Of a stretch of DNA of 64,000 bases, positions 19,172 through 30,476 are shown in pieces. The position numbers were made by a program, and so were the translations under genes. Location: IMG/VR virus record IMGVR_UViG_3300044797_000396, positions 1-64,000 of that record. One strand, given 5' to 3'. The stretch is from a virus. The notes under the pieces are model-generated. The model saw only the letters and a program-made list of their open reading frames with translations, had not been told where the DNA came from and ran no database searches. The stretch's first letter is position 1, and every line of letters begins with the position of its first letter.

Positions 19172-22100
19172 ATGGTTGTTATTAGGAGTGTATCGGAAAT
19201 AATTTCTAACTTGCTCAGTTTTTTTCAGCTTGCGCAGCCGAACCTAGATACTAAGCCTGGCACAGTGGCTCGTGACTTGATGATTGAGGGCCCTTCCGCC
19301 CAATTAGCTTTGCTTTACGATGAGTTACAGAGTGTTTCTAATTTGCAATCTCTCCGCTTATCTATTGGTACCGACTTGGATAAGTTGGCTAAAAACTATG
19401 GTTTGACCAGGAAGCAATCCACCCCTTCTACTGGTGTTGCGCTTCTTACCTTCTCTTCTCTTAATGCTACTATCGCTATCAACGCAGGAGCCCCAGTCTA
19501 TACGGCAGGAGGTTTAGGCTTCACCGTGGTCAACGGCATTTCCGTAGTTCCTTCTAACATCAATACGTATCGTTCCACGGCCACCAAATTTGCTGCTCAG
19601 CTAGCCTTTGTCGGCATTACCGATCAATATGCGGTAGAAGCGACAGTGATTGCTTCAGCTCCGGGCTCCGCAGGCAACATTGGACAATATACTATCACCA
19701 CGGTTAGTATCCCTGGCATTAGCAATGTTACTAATACGGTGGCTTTTTCCGGTGGTACCGATCAAGAGACCGATGCGGCTTTTAGAAACCGTATCCTAGC
19801 GGCTTTCAGCGGTTCCAGCGTTGGTACCTCCTTAGGTTATCTAAACGCGGCCTTGGGCGTTACAGGCGTCTTGGATGCTGTAGTTATTGGGCCAGGCAAT
19901 CCGCTGATGACTCGTGATGGCACTGTTTCGGAAGTCATCAATGGTGTCTTGACTGTAGTATCAGAGGGTTCGGGTGGCAAAGTTGATATAGTTGTTCTTG
20001 GAACAAACGATGTCTCCAATACGGATACTTTTATCTATGTTGATAAGAGTAATGATAATAATCCAGAAAGTCCAGCTAACAACTTTGTTTTAGGTCAATT
20101 AGCGTCTAACGCCAATATGAGTGTGAGCCAAAAGAGAGTTACTGATATCCAAAACGGACAGCTGCCCGCCCAACCCGTAGATTCTATTATTCAAGTTACC
20201 GGGTCTATTAGTGGTGCTAATTTTATTCCGTATAGCGTAGATGGTTATGGTCGTCCTTCTGGTAATTACCAGTTGGTTAAGGATACGGGTGTCTATCGTG
20301 GTAGCCCTTTTGGTTTCGATACTTTTGAGTGGACTAGCAACCAAATTGTATACCAAGAAGATTTGATCAAGGGACAAACTAATGGACAAGATGCTACCAC
20401 CTTTACCAGCGTGCTACAAATCACGGACGCCCAACAGCAATTAGGTATCACCAACGAAAATAGTATTGTCACTTCGGATCGTTCTATCATTCAACTATTG
20501 CACTATCCAGCTACTAACGTGACACGAGTATTTAATGTTAATACAGGCGAGCGTTATCTGATTACCAACCAAAATTACGATCAAACTACTCCTTTCAACA
20601 ATACTGGAAGAATCCAAATTTCTGGCAACACACTTCCTTCCCCTAGCAGTACCTTGCAGGTAGATTATACTTGGATTATAGACTACGATCGTTATTCTGA
20701 TTTCGATGGTTTAGTAGACACTCAAAATATCCGTTCCGTTACTAATAGCGTGGATTGGGGATACCCATCCGACATCCGAAATGAATTAGTAGAATTCGAT
20801 GTGCAAGCTGGTGACAATTTCTACATAGGTAACACTAGTCATCCTATCGATACGGTAGTAGATGTCAATCAATTTTTGCAAGTAGATGGTTATGTCCAAA
20901 CAGTGACTTCGGGTATTTTCATCAATCGTCTCTCCGTAGTGATTGGCAACTTACTTATCCCTTCTGTCAATGTCAGTTCCGTGACCTGGAAAAATAGCAA
21001 TGTGGAGTTGTTCAACACGGCCCAAGATAACGGTAGTTTTTCCAACGCTTCCGAAGTAGTTGGTATTCAGATACTCTATAATACTATTATTATTTTGCCG
21101 TCTGATACAGTGGCTCAAGTAGGGGATGAGGTTACCACTTATCTCAACGCTACCAATGTCTTTATGAATAGTGTGGCTCAAGGCAGCAGCAATGGTACAC
21201 AAATTACTATTCCTTCTTCTCTAATCAATACTACTGCGGATAGAATCAATCTTCGAGTCAATTACATTGCCAGCGTAGCCGATCTATTTTCTTCCGTTAT
21301 TACTTCCTTGCCAGCTAGTCGTATTGGTAACGGCTATATCCTCAACACCAATACTGGTTTCAATAATTTTAGTATTGTCAATATTTCTAGACGCGAAAAT
21401 CAAGTAGTTCAACTCAACATTAGCAATCAATATTACATCGAACTAAATTTGACCACCTCTGATTATACTTTGGTGCCAGAGAATGTCCTCTCCGTCACCA
21501 GATTATCAGATGGTAAAGAGTTATGGAATCCCGACAATTTAGGACAAATCATCAATGCTGCGGATGGTAATTATCAACTAATCCTAACAGGATATAATAC
21601 GCCAGCTTCTGCTGACCGAGTATTAGTTATTTATTATGCAGAGGATATCCGTCGTTTCCAGCCTTTCAGTTTTAGTAATGACATCATTAAAACGCGTATC
21701 GATACTTTGGGATTTGATTCTCTTACTAATAGTTTTACCGTTCCCTTGGTTAGTTTTACGGCCCAAGCCTCGAGTTTGAGTTTTGAGGTAGTAGAGATAA
21801 ACCAAGATACCGTTTTGTTTAGCGTGACCGATGGTTATCTTACCCCAGTAACTCCAACTACCGCTACTCTGAATAGTTTGTCTGTCAATTTCGACTCCCT
21901 AGCCGATCTAACTAATAAGCGCGTTAAGATTACGGGAGCTATCACTCCAAACAATGATGGATACTTTGATATTCAATCTTATGATGTGAGTAATAATAAT
22001 ATCACTATTACCCTCAACTTGAACCATATTACTACTGATCAGATTTCGGTAATTAGAGTATTGGATGGACAAGAACTTTGGGGCTATAATGGTACTATTG

Positions 22101-23278
22101 ATTTGACTAACAATAGATTGCTCATCCCACAAACTCCGAACGCTGTACTGGGAGACTTAGTTTATACTATGTTTTTCAATTATGATAATTTGCGTATGGC
22201 CCCTACTCGATTGATTGGTACTACTTTGGATCAAACGGTCAATACTGGTATTATGTCAATAGTTGGTACTACCATAGCGCTTGCGGAAAATATTGTTTTT
22301 ACCGCTACTACCACAGGCTTACAGCAAAATTTACAAGCTGCTTTGAGCACGGTGCTGGGCCTCAATGCTTCCACGCCTATCCCCAGCAATATCAGAATTG
22401 CTAAGATTGTTTCGGCACAAAAAGTTACTACCTATACTCCTGGCAGCAATATCGTATTAGAAACCTTAGTCAATTACGATGTTATTAACACTACTATTGC
22501 TAATAATTTATACTACGCTGACACTATGATTTCTAACGCCTCCCTAGATTTAGGGCCACTAGATTTTGTTTTGCCAAACACTGCCAACAACACACTAACG
22601 GGCGCTACCAATAATGTTCCTACGGTGGGAGATCAAATACAAATAACTTTCTATTATACAACTGATAATGTTATTGAAAATCTAAATTATACTAGAATTG
22701 GCTCGTTATATACTAACAATAGGTTTGCACTTATTAATCAAATATATGTAAGCAGCGGTTTTAAGTCTTCCAATGCTACTAAGTTTACGGCCACTTCTTT
22801 CACTAAGCCCAGTGTTGGCGCTCGCTATACAGTTTTCTATAACTATTTAGCTCCTCAACCAGACGAAAGAATTTTAATACAGTATAACTACAATCAGTTG
22901 ATTACTACGGCTACTTTTGCTATCGAAAATAGTCGTCCTCTCAATGCGGACGTATTGGTGAGGGCAGCTATCTTGGTGCAAGTCAATTTGACAATGAATG
23001 TTGTTATAGACCCAACGGTGATTTCGGCCGGCACACAGAATACGGTTCTCCAAAATCTCAACAACCAATTAGTAACCGCCCTTACTAGCACCACCCTAGG
23101 CGATACTATCACTCAAATTTCGTTGATCAACATTGCGCAGGGCATCCAAGGTATCGACCAAGCTAGAATACTAATTTTCAATGTGGTCGGTCAGCCAGGA
23201 CAAGTACTCACGCTAACAGCACAAGAAGATCAATATTTCCAGCCAAATAGCATTATAATAAACACAGAAGCAATATGA
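19172..23278 (+). CDS. Baseplate J-like wedge protein (extended)
   Basis: PGTVARDL, GTDLDKLAKNYGLTRK, GSAGNIG, VTNTVAFSGGTDQETDAAFRNRI are baseplate-J hallmarks. At 1368 aa it carries a long insertion. Confidence 0.85.
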   Translation: MVVIRSVSEIISNLLSFFQLAQPNLDTKPGTVARDLMIEGPSAQLALLYDELQSVSNLQSLRLSIGTDLDKLAKNYGLTRKQSTPSTGVALLTFSSLNATIAINAGAPVYTAGGLGFTVVNGISVVPSNINTYRSTATKFAAQLAFVGITDQYAVEATVIASAPGSAGNIGQYTITTVSIPGISNVTNTVAFSGGTDQETDAAFRNRILAAFSGSSVGTSLGYLNAALGVTGVLDAVVIGPGNPLMTRDGTVSEVINGVLTVVSEGSGGKVDIVVLGTNDVSNTDTFIYVDKSNDNNPESPANNFVLGQLASNANMSVSQKRVTDIQNGQLPAQPVDSIIQVTGSISGANFIPYSVDGYGRPSGNYQLVKDTGVYRGSPFGFDTFEWTSNQIVYQEDLIKGQTNGQDATTFTSVLQITDAQQQLGITNENSIVTSDRSIIQLLHYPATNVTRVFNVNTGERYLITNQNYDQTTPFNNTGRIQISGNTLPSPSSTLQVDYTWIIDYDRYSDFDGLVDTQNIRSVTNSVDWGYPSDIRNELVEFDVQAGDNFYIGNTSHPIDTVVDVNQFLQVDGYVQTVTSGIFINRLSVVIGNLLIPSVNVSSVTWKNSNVELFNTAQDNGSFSNASEVVGIQILYNTIIILPSDTVAQVGDEVTTYLNATNVFMNSVAQGSSNGTQITIPSSLINTTADRINLRVNYIASVADLFSSVITSLPASRIGNGYILNTNTGFNNFSIVNISRRENQVVQLNISNQYYIELNLTTSDYTLVPENVLSVTRLSDGKELWNPDNLGQIINAADGNYQLILTGYNTPASADRVLVIYYAEDIRRFQPFSFSNDIIKTRIDTLGFDSLTNSFTVPLVSFTAQASSLSFEVVEINQDTVLFSVTDGYLTPVTPTTATLNSLSVNFDSLADLTNKRVKITGAITPNNDGYFDIQSYDVSNNNITITLNLNHITTDQISVIRVLDGQELWGYNGTIDLTNNRLLIPQTPNAVLGDLVYTMFFNYDNLRMAPTRLIGTTLDQTVNTGIMSIVGTTIALAENIVFTATTTGLQQNLQAALSTVLGLNASTPIPSNIRIAKIVSAQKVTTYTPGSNIVLETLVNYDVINTTIANNLYYADTMISNASLDLGPLDFVLPNTANNTLTGATNNVPTVGDQIQITFYYTTDNVIENLNYTRIGSLYTNNRFALINQIYVSSGFKSSNATKFTATSFTKPSVGARYTVFYNYLAPQPDERILIQYNYNQLITTATFAIENSRPLNADVLVRAAILVQVNLTMNVVIDPTVISAGTQNTVLQNLNNQLVTALTSTTLGDTITQISLINIAQGIQGIDQARILIFNVVGQPGQVLTLTAQEDQYFQPNSIIINTEAI

Positions 23279-26200
23279 CCGCCATCCTTAGAATAGTCAA
23301 TGTAGTCATCGAAGATAGCTCCGATATCACCGTCACTTTTACAGAGGCGTTGACGCCTAATCTTGTGCCTACCAATGTCTCTATTTTATCGCAAACTGCC
23401 AATGTAGCCAATTCACAAGTATTGCAAGTGACAGTTAGTGGAAACACTTTGTCGATCATTTGTCAGCCACTGATCCCGTATGCGGCTTATTATTTACAAT
23501 TTCAATCCGTAGATAACTATCCTTTTATCTCAGTTAATGGTGATGCTAAAATCTCACAAGATGGTATCTCTAACCGATTTTTATTTACCGGTCCACTACC
23601 ATCTGATAATCCAGTGATGGACTATCTACAATCTTTTTACCAGAATAATATTTATCGAGCTGATGATCCTACTACCATCATCAATCAGTATCTCCAATCC
23701 ATAGCCATCAATTTTTCTCGAGCCCTGTATGATATAAGGCAGGCAGGCAATGAGAATTATTTGTCTTTTACGGTGGTGGATGAACTACACCAAAGAGGTC
23801 CCGGCCCTTATGATAGGCTTAATGAAGAAGGGGCTTACGATGTTTATAGAGTAGGGTTTGGCCCAACCAATTCTCCCGTTCCCTCTTCTATTGTTTTCGC
23901 CAACTTTCCTACTTTCCCAGTTACTTTACAACGACAACTTGCGACGGAAATTGTTAAACCATCTTCTAATAATGATGATGCTACTTTCAATGTTAATACT
24001 CTAACTTTTAATCTCAGTAACAATCCAGTTAGTAGAGTGGACAGCATCGTCTTTACTTTGACTACACAAAACCCAGTCTATACCTATAATATTCCTGAAT
24101 TGGGATATCAGTTGCTCAATTCTACTTTTGCCCAAGATTATGCTTCCAGCTATTTATTATTAAGTGATAATCAAGTCAAGATTAACGAAGCTGTCTTGCA
24201 AGATCCGTTATTTTCTTTGGATCAGATTTTTAGCATTACTATTCAATATGAATATCAAGGTTTAGGTATTCAAGTAGATCCAACATCGGTGGATGTCTAC
24301 ACTATTTTACAATCTATTAGAGAAGTTTTACCGCCTATTATCAATATTTTCAATTTGCAACACGCGCCTATTACCAACTCTTCTGGCAATACCGTTTTAA
24401 CGGGCGGTGTGGTGTTTATGGATCCCAATTCCAATACTGGCTCTCCACATCCAGCTTTTATTTCTGAGATCCCTTTCAGTCTTAGCGCCCTTCCAGCTAC
24501 ACCGGGTGTATATGCTATTGATTATCCTACTGGCACTGTGTATGTTTACGGAGCAGATGCCACTAACGATGGTACTGGACCTTCACCACCTTTGGCTACT
24601 TACTATTATCAATTCACTTACATCTCAGAAATCGATTATGTTTATGACCCAAGCTCATTAGAAATTGTAGCCCTTCCCCTGGGCAACCTAATCAACAATG
24701 CGGGAACTATTGACTTCAATTATGAACAGGTTTTGGTGCCTGGTGTAGACTACACGGCAGACACTCATATTGAGTCCATTAATGAAAATGTGGGTAATAA
24801 CCTTACTGCCCTCAACTCTTTGACAACGCAAAATTCCCCCATTACCAATGTTTTCCAAATCTATAATCAAACCTCGGGAGAAATTTATTTATTGGATAGG
24901 TGGGATAATAACATAGTGTATTTTAAGTACAATAGCCCCCCTCGTATTTTACAAGAAACGGGTGAAAATGTTACTTTCACCACTATCACTAACGAACTAC
25001 TGGGCATTAATACTACTAGCCTTAATATTAATAATATTACTATCTTCACCATTTTCTTGGCCAATAATACGATCATCGATTCCACACAAGATGGGATCGC
25101 CAGTTCTTTCAACACCAGCCTAATGTTTACTAATGGCAATGTTTTCGTTTCCGAGTTTTGGTATAACCAGGAATTTGATGCCCAAATTAATATTGATAGG
25201 CTAAGCGCCCCCGGACAATATACAGTAGACTACGATAATGGAATTGTTTATGTGGCCGTCTCTAATACGCAAAATGATGATATTGGTACAGCCACTTATA
25301 AGATGGATGCTATTCTTCCAGATTTCAATAATGTGGTTAGCGTAGATAATATTTACTACCGCATCAGTGTTCTCAATCCGATCAACAAACAGTTTTCTTA
25401 TCTCTCTTTCACCGGCGACTCAATTATCGTCACGGGATTAGATCCTTCGGATGAGGCGTACTTGAACGGCGTTAATACTTCACCTTATCAGTTAGTGCAA
25501 GGTCAAGTAGGAGCTTTTGTAGATAGCATTTTTGTACCCGGCGTTACTAATCAAATCAAGTTTATTAGGTCGGTGTTCGAGTATAACGATCTCACCAACA
25601 ATCCGTCTCCTATCAATTTTGCTTTTGTTAGCACTAGTAATAACTATAATATTACTGTCAATTCCATCAATAGACAATCTTTTGATAGTGTGCAGTTTAA
25701 TGGCACTAATTATTTTATCACTCTCAACGAAAACATTCCATATCTTTCGCCAGGCATTACCTATACTTTCAATTTAGTTAGGGTTTCCGATTCCAAGGTT
25801 CTCTCCGTAGCTACTGTTGTTCCTGGCAATCCATTAACTCTGATATTGTCTAATACCAACTCACCTCAACTGGGGGATTTAGTTAATGTAACTTACTCTT
25901 TTACTATTGTGCCACTAGAAAGAGTGGTAGTAGACTATAACAAGGGAGACTTCTTTGTGGACTATACTTATGTGGCAGATACCATTTTGGTTAGCTACGA
26001 GTATGGCGACAATGTCCTTGATTTTAGTCAGAGTTTCAGCTTGCCTACCGGCACTAATTACTATGTCTCCTACACGGTGGGGGCTTTGCGCGATGCCTTG
26101 CTCAAAAATTTCGGTACTCTGGTCAATGTTCCTGACTTAGCTACTTTTGATTTGAGCCTCAATCGAGAAAGATATCGTGAAGCTTTGCAAGCAGCCCTTA

Positions 26201-29200
26201 GTTCCTTCATCCAAGGCCCCACTATCGCGGCTATCAAAAATTTGGTGCAAATCATTACTCATGTGGAGCCACAAATCATTGAGTCCGCCTTCACCATTTG
26301 GTCACTGGGCAACGGACTACTCTTTCCTTTGGGAGTAGAGACCACGGGTGATTTCCAGTTGCTTCCCGCTCATTTTGGTAATGGTGTGTTAATCGATCAG
26401 CCCGGCCAAACCATCACGATGCCTGTCAATTCTAACTTGCGATTAGAAGAGGGAACTTTCGAGACTTGGATCCTGCCACAATGGAATGGTTTAGACAATG
26501 ATGCGGTCTTAACTTTCAATATCACAAGAGGCGGCTATGCCATCGCTCCTTATCGGGTGTTTATTGGGGCGGCAGAATATCATCCCACTATCGTTAATAA
26601 CAATTTTACTTTGGATAAAAATTCTAATGTCGTGGGTACACCTAACACCAACAAAGATGGCGTTTTTATTTATTATGATAATGATCCCAGTGGTACCTTT
26701 CAGCGTTGGTATGTGGAGGTAATTGATGGTTATGTGGCCCCTGACACTCATACTTACAAATTCAATATTACCTCCTCAGGTAAATTCTATGATACTAAAT
26801 CTCTTACTTATCCTCGCCCAGCAAACCTAACTACAATCACTAGCAATAGTAAAGTTAGTATGACCATTACTCCGCCAGCAGATGGATATGGCATCAATGA
26901 AGGACTGACTTTTATTTCTGACGTAGAACATTATTTGTTAGACTTTGGATTGCAAGTAGATGCCAATAGGTTATCTATTTACAAGGATGTCGGAGGTTAT
27001 ATGAACTTCCGCGTTTATGATAAAAATAAAAAAGCTTATTCGGTTAGCGCTGATGTTTCTGCTTGGCAGCCCAATGTAGCTCATATGGTAGCTGCTTCTT
27101 GGATGCTTAATACTCGAAATAACCGAGATGAGATGCACCTTTTTATTGATGGTTTGGAGGTGCCCAATATCATCAAATACGGTCAGGCACTCATACCATA
27201 TCCTCACGAAAAGTTTCGCACGGTGGATCCAGAAGAAATAGTGGGTCTCTCTAATCGTGATATCATAGGATCCGATGATTTGGTGACTACCATTAATACT
27301 CCTGTGGTCAGTTCCAGTATCAATTTTAGTCAGTATAATATTTTTGTTGGAAATACTATTTTTATTAATGAAACTGGTTTCTCTCCTGTGGGCTACACCA
27401 TTGAAGCCATAGATGGCCAAATATTAACACTTAACGAGAATATGCCGGGCACTCTTACCAACGGCAGATTTTCAGTTAATGAAACACAATTTTTCATTAC
27501 CTCCGAAATTAATATCTATCCTAATATTACCGTTAGTACCATTCATACTTTTATAACTGGTGATGATTTAGAAACTACTAGCGGACTAAATACCGTTTCT
27601 TCACCTAGCACTAATTTTACTACGGCCGGGGTGTTACCAGGATATTTACTTAGAGTTGATGCGGCTGGTTTCCCCTTAACTTACAATATTCTAAAAGTTA
27701 ATGGTCATACTTTGACTGTGACTGATCCAGCACCTACTAATCTAACAAATGCGATCTATCAGATATACTCCAATACGGAAAATGAGTTGCCAGGTGTCAG
27801 GGCTTTGGATCCAGATTATGCTATTAGTCAGGATATCAATTTTGATAATGTATTAACTATCTACAACGGTGTGTTCGCTAACGATCTAATTTTAGTTAGA
27901 ACTCTGGGTCTCAATTTCCAAGATGTTAGCAGGCAATATTATGTATGGAGTACAGGCGTTGAAAATGTTTTAATGACCCAGCTGCCACCACCTATTGATT
28001 TGGATCAGGCTAATATTACTAAAATTATTACCCCCACTGTCGCTATCGGTCCAGCCAACTCTACTTTGGTAGGCGGTGTTTTTGTATCCAACAATCTCAG
28101 CACCGCTGAGCCTTCTAACTCACAGAATGGTAGAACTATTGAAGCTACTATTAGTGGTACCAATATCAATTTTTCTACTCCGGTGCAAGTGACTATTAAT
28201 GGGGTTACGGGCGTTAGCACCATCAGTGAAACTATTACTTTTACTGATTATGGTACATTGTCTTTTGCTAATCCATATAACCAACTCAATTATGTACAAA
28301 TAAATGTACAACCAATTAATGCAAGTAGGAATGCATGCGCCCTAGGGGTGACTGAAAAATATCCAATTACTTATGGTGAGTTTAGTGATACGGTGCCCGT
28401 TATTAGATATAGTTATCCTATTACACAAGGATATAATCTGGCCTCGGATGGTTATGGTATAGTTGATGATCAATTCAACCTATTTAGCGGATTGGATATT
28501 GGTAACTGTTTATTTATTAGTTCGCCCTCCCCAGTGGCTGGATACTACACTATCGTTAGCCTTTCTGCCGATAGACACTCCATTGGTATACAGGCTACGT
28601 CAACTTCACCGCCTCTTCCGCTGCCAGCTTTTACCGGAGGAATTTATCAGGTTCTTTACACTACTGCTTATCGTAGCGGTTTGCAAAATGGTTTCTTTAC
28701 CTTGGAAGATAGTACGTTGCCAGGGCAACCTTACTACTTAAATCAAGGATTTTATCAAGTAGAATACGCCACCTATCTTAGTATCAAATTTGCTCCGCTG
28801 AATGATAATTTATTCTTTGGTAGTAATTTCTTGGGTTTTGATCAAGCAAATGCTATTCTCAACCAAGCTACTTTATATTCTGTAATGCTAACAGATACCA
28901 GAATTGGGGAAGTAGTTTCAGGCAATACTCTATCTGTTACCAAAGATTATAATTCTATTAATGCACCAGTGCCTAATGCCAATACTTTGGCCTTGGTTAG
29001 TTTCAATAGTTTTCCTTTTACTAATGCAGCCAGCTTGTATGCTAGCACTAATGACGATCATGTTCATTTCCAGTCAGATTGGGCGGTCAATGATAATTTT
29101 GGTCAAAGTTTAGTGTTCTTAAATCAACCTATTCTCCTCCCTAATACTGGTATTCTAGATACTCATAAGCAAGGAACTATTGAGTTTTGGATGAGCCCCT

Positions 29201-30426
29201 TGTTTGATACGGCTAATGATCCTAACTATCGATTTTATTTTGATGCTTATGGGGCGGTAGTAACACAAGTAGTGAGTAATAGTAATGTCACTGTCAAACT
29301 TTCCGCCCCCGCCAGCCAAATTTTGAGCGTTACTTTATCAGCGGGTGACCCCAGAATAGACTACTTTGCAGGCGGAAGGCTAGAAATTGATACGCAGAAT
29401 GCTATACAAGAAACGGACACCAGTGTGGGGGTGGGTTCCGTAGTGGCTCAACAAACCGTGCTTCAGGTCATTACCGTCAGAATTGTGGGAGACCTAACTA
29501 ATAAAGACTATTTCAATGGTGGTTCTGTTGGAGTGGATGGTAAAACTATTTACTTAGGTACTCCACTACCTGTTGGCAATATTCCAGTAATTGTTACCTA
29601 TCAAACCACGAATATCAATAATGCCCCGCTTAATACTCAAATAATTAGGCTCAATAGACAGTTGCCTGCCCAAAATTGCACCGTTACTGTTAAGTATATT
29701 CCTAGTGGTTTGCAAGGAGATCGTATCTCCGTCTATAAAGACCAGTACGGCTACATCAATTTTTCTATCACTGCCTCTGGAACTGATTACATTATTAGGG
29801 GGCCTACTCGCTGGGCTCAAAACACTTGGCATCGTGTTAAAGCTAGCTACATGATCAACGGTGGTTTGGGCAACGATCAAATGAGATTGTTTTTGGATGG
29901 ATATCAATATACGGACGTTTTGTTTGGCACGGATTTGATTGCAGGTCAGTTCCCAATGGTTATGGGAGCCGTAACTATTGGAGATGGTTATGGTTTGATT
30001 GCTGGTATCAATTTTACCGATCCTATCAATGACTTATGGATTGGCACCGATTATGCACAAAATAATCCTATCTTTACTTTGCTTAATAATTTCCGTATCA
30101 GCAATTTGTCTCGACCTATCTATGCCCCTTACGGAGAGCCAATTGATGTCAATTATAGCAGTAATCTGAGTACCGTCTTTCCAGTAACCAGTGATCTTTA
30201 TACAACTTACCTTATGAATTCCGGCACTTTGGTCAGTTTGATCACTAATTTTGCTACCTTAGTAGATCGAGATAGTGGCGCCTTTGATTTCATTGTCAAC
30301 ATATTTGATAGTTTTGGCATAGTTGCCAGTAGTACCCAAGTCCAACAAATATTGGAAAACTTGATAAATACGCTAACGCCAGCTAACTGTCAGGGTTTCA
30401 TCAAATATATTCCACCACTAATCTGA
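23275..30426 (+). CDS. Giant baseplate/tail protein with two LamG-like (concanavalin-fold) regions
   Basis: 2383 aa. Wedge-like RERYREALQAALSSFIQGPTIAAIKNLV. LamG-like EGTFETWILPQW / HMVAASW / MHLFIDG and QGTIEFWMSP / WHRVKASY / MRLFLDG. Confidence 0.6.
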   Translation: MTAILRIVNVVIEDSSDITVTFTEALTPNLVPTNVSILSQTANVANSQVLQVTVSGNTLSIICQPLIPYAAYYLQFQSVDNYPFISVNGDAKISQDGISNRFLFTGPLPSDNPVMDYLQSFYQNNIYRADDPTTIINQYLQSIAINFSRALYDIRQAGNENYLSFTVVDELHQRGPGPYDRLNEEGAYDVYRVGFGPTNSPVPSSIVFANFPTFPVTLQRQLATEIVKPSSNNDDATFNVNTLTFNLSNNPVSRVDSIVFTLTTQNPVYTYNIPELGYQLLNSTFAQDYASSYLLLSDNQVKINEAVLQDPLFSLDQIFSITIQYEYQGLGIQVDPTSVDVYTILQSIREVLPPIINIFNLQHAPITNSSGNTVLTGGVVFMDPNSNTGSPHPAFISEIPFSLSALPATPGVYAIDYPTGTVYVYGADATNDGTGPSPPLATYYYQFTYISEIDYVYDPSSLEIVALPLGNLINNAGTIDFNYEQVLVPGVDYTADTHIESINENVGNNLTALNSLTTQNSPITNVFQIYNQTSGEIYLLDRWDNNIVYFKYNSPPRILQETGENVTFTTITNELLGINTTSLNINNITIFTIFLANNTIIDSTQDGIASSFNTSLMFTNGNVFVSEFWYNQEFDAQINIDRLSAPGQYTVDYDNGIVYVAVSNTQNDDIGTATYKMDAILPDFNNVVSVDNIYYRISVLNPINKQFSYLSFTGDSIIVTGLDPSDEAYLNGVNTSPYQLVQGQVGAFVDSIFVPGVTNQIKFIRSVFEYNDLTNNPSPINFAFVSTSNNYNITVNSINRQSFDSVQFNGTNYFITLNENIPYLSPGITYTFNLVRVSDSKVLSVATVVPGNPLTLILSNTNSPQLGDLVNVTYSFTIVPLERVVVDYNKGDFFVDYTYVADTILVSYEYGDNVLDFSQSFSLPTGTNYYVSYTVGALRDALLKNFGTLVNVPDLATFDLSLNRERYREALQAALSSFIQGPTIAAIKNLVQIITHVEPQIIESAFTIWSLGNGLLFPLGVETTGDFQLLPAHFGNGVLIDQPGQTITMPVNSNLRLEEGTFETWILPQWNGLDNDAVLTFNITRGGYAIAPYRVFIGAAEYHPTIVNNNFTLDKNSNVVGTPNTNKDGVFIYYDNDPSGTFQRWYVEVIDGYVAPDTHTYKFNITSSGKFYDTKSLTYPRPANLTTITSNSKVSMTITPPADGYGINEGLTFISDVEHYLLDFGLQVDANRLSIYKDVGGYMNFRVYDKNKKAYSVSADVSAWQPNVAHMVAASWMLNTRNNRDEMHLFIDGLEVPNIIKYGQALIPYPHEKFRTVDPEEIVGLSNRDIIGSDDLVTTINTPVVSSSINFSQYNIFVGNTIFINETGFSPVGYTIEAIDGQILTLNENMPGTLTNGRFSVNETQFFITSEINIYPNITVSTIHTFITGDDLETTSGLNTVSSPSTNFTTAGVLPGYLLRVDAAGFPLTYNILKVNGHTLTVTDPAPTNLTNAIYQIYSNTENELPGVRALDPDYAISQDINFDNVLTIYNGVFANDLILVRTLGLNFQDVSRQYYVWSTGVENVLMTQLPPPIDLDQANITKIITPTVAIGPANSTLVGGVFVSNNLSTAEPSNSQNGRTIEATISGTNINFSTPVQVTINGVTGVSTISETITFTDYGTLSFANPYNQLNYVQINVQPINASRNACALGVTEKYPITYGEFSDTVPVIRYSYPITQGYNLASDGYGIVDDQFNLFSGLDIGNCLFISSPSPVAGYYTIVSLSADRHSIGIQATSTSPPLPLPAFTGGIYQVLYTTAYRSGLQNGFFTLEDSTLPGQPYYLNQGFYQVEYATYLSIKFAPLNDNLFFGSNFLGFDQANAILNQATLYSVMLTDTRIGEVVSGNTLSVTKDYNSINAPVPNANTLALVSFNSFPFTNAASLYASTNDDHVHFQSDWAVNDNFGQSLVFLNQPILLPNTGILDTHKQGTIEFWMSPLFDTANDPNYRFYFDAYGAVVTQVVSNSNVTVKLSAPASQILSVTLSAGDPRIDYFAGGRLEIDTQNAIQETDTSVGVGSVVAQQTVLQVITVRIVGDLTNKDYFNGGSVGVDGKTIYLGTPLPVGNIPVIVTYQTTNINNAPLNTQIIRLNRQLPAQNCTVTVKYIPSGLQGDRISVYKDQYGYINFSITASGTDYIIRGPTRWAQNTWHRVKASYMINGGLGNDQMRLFLDGYQYTDVLFGTDLIAGQFPMVMGAVTIGDGYGLIAGINFTDPINDLWIGTDYAQNNPIFTLLNNFRISNLSRPIYAPYGEPIDVNYSSNLSTVFPVTSDLYTTYLMNSGTLVSLITNFATLVDRDSGAFDFIVNIFDSFGIVASSTQVQQILENLINTLTPANCQGFIKYIPPLI

Positions 30427-30476
30427 TATATAGTCTAACGAAGGAATATCAATGAAGAAGTTTGGAGATAGATAAT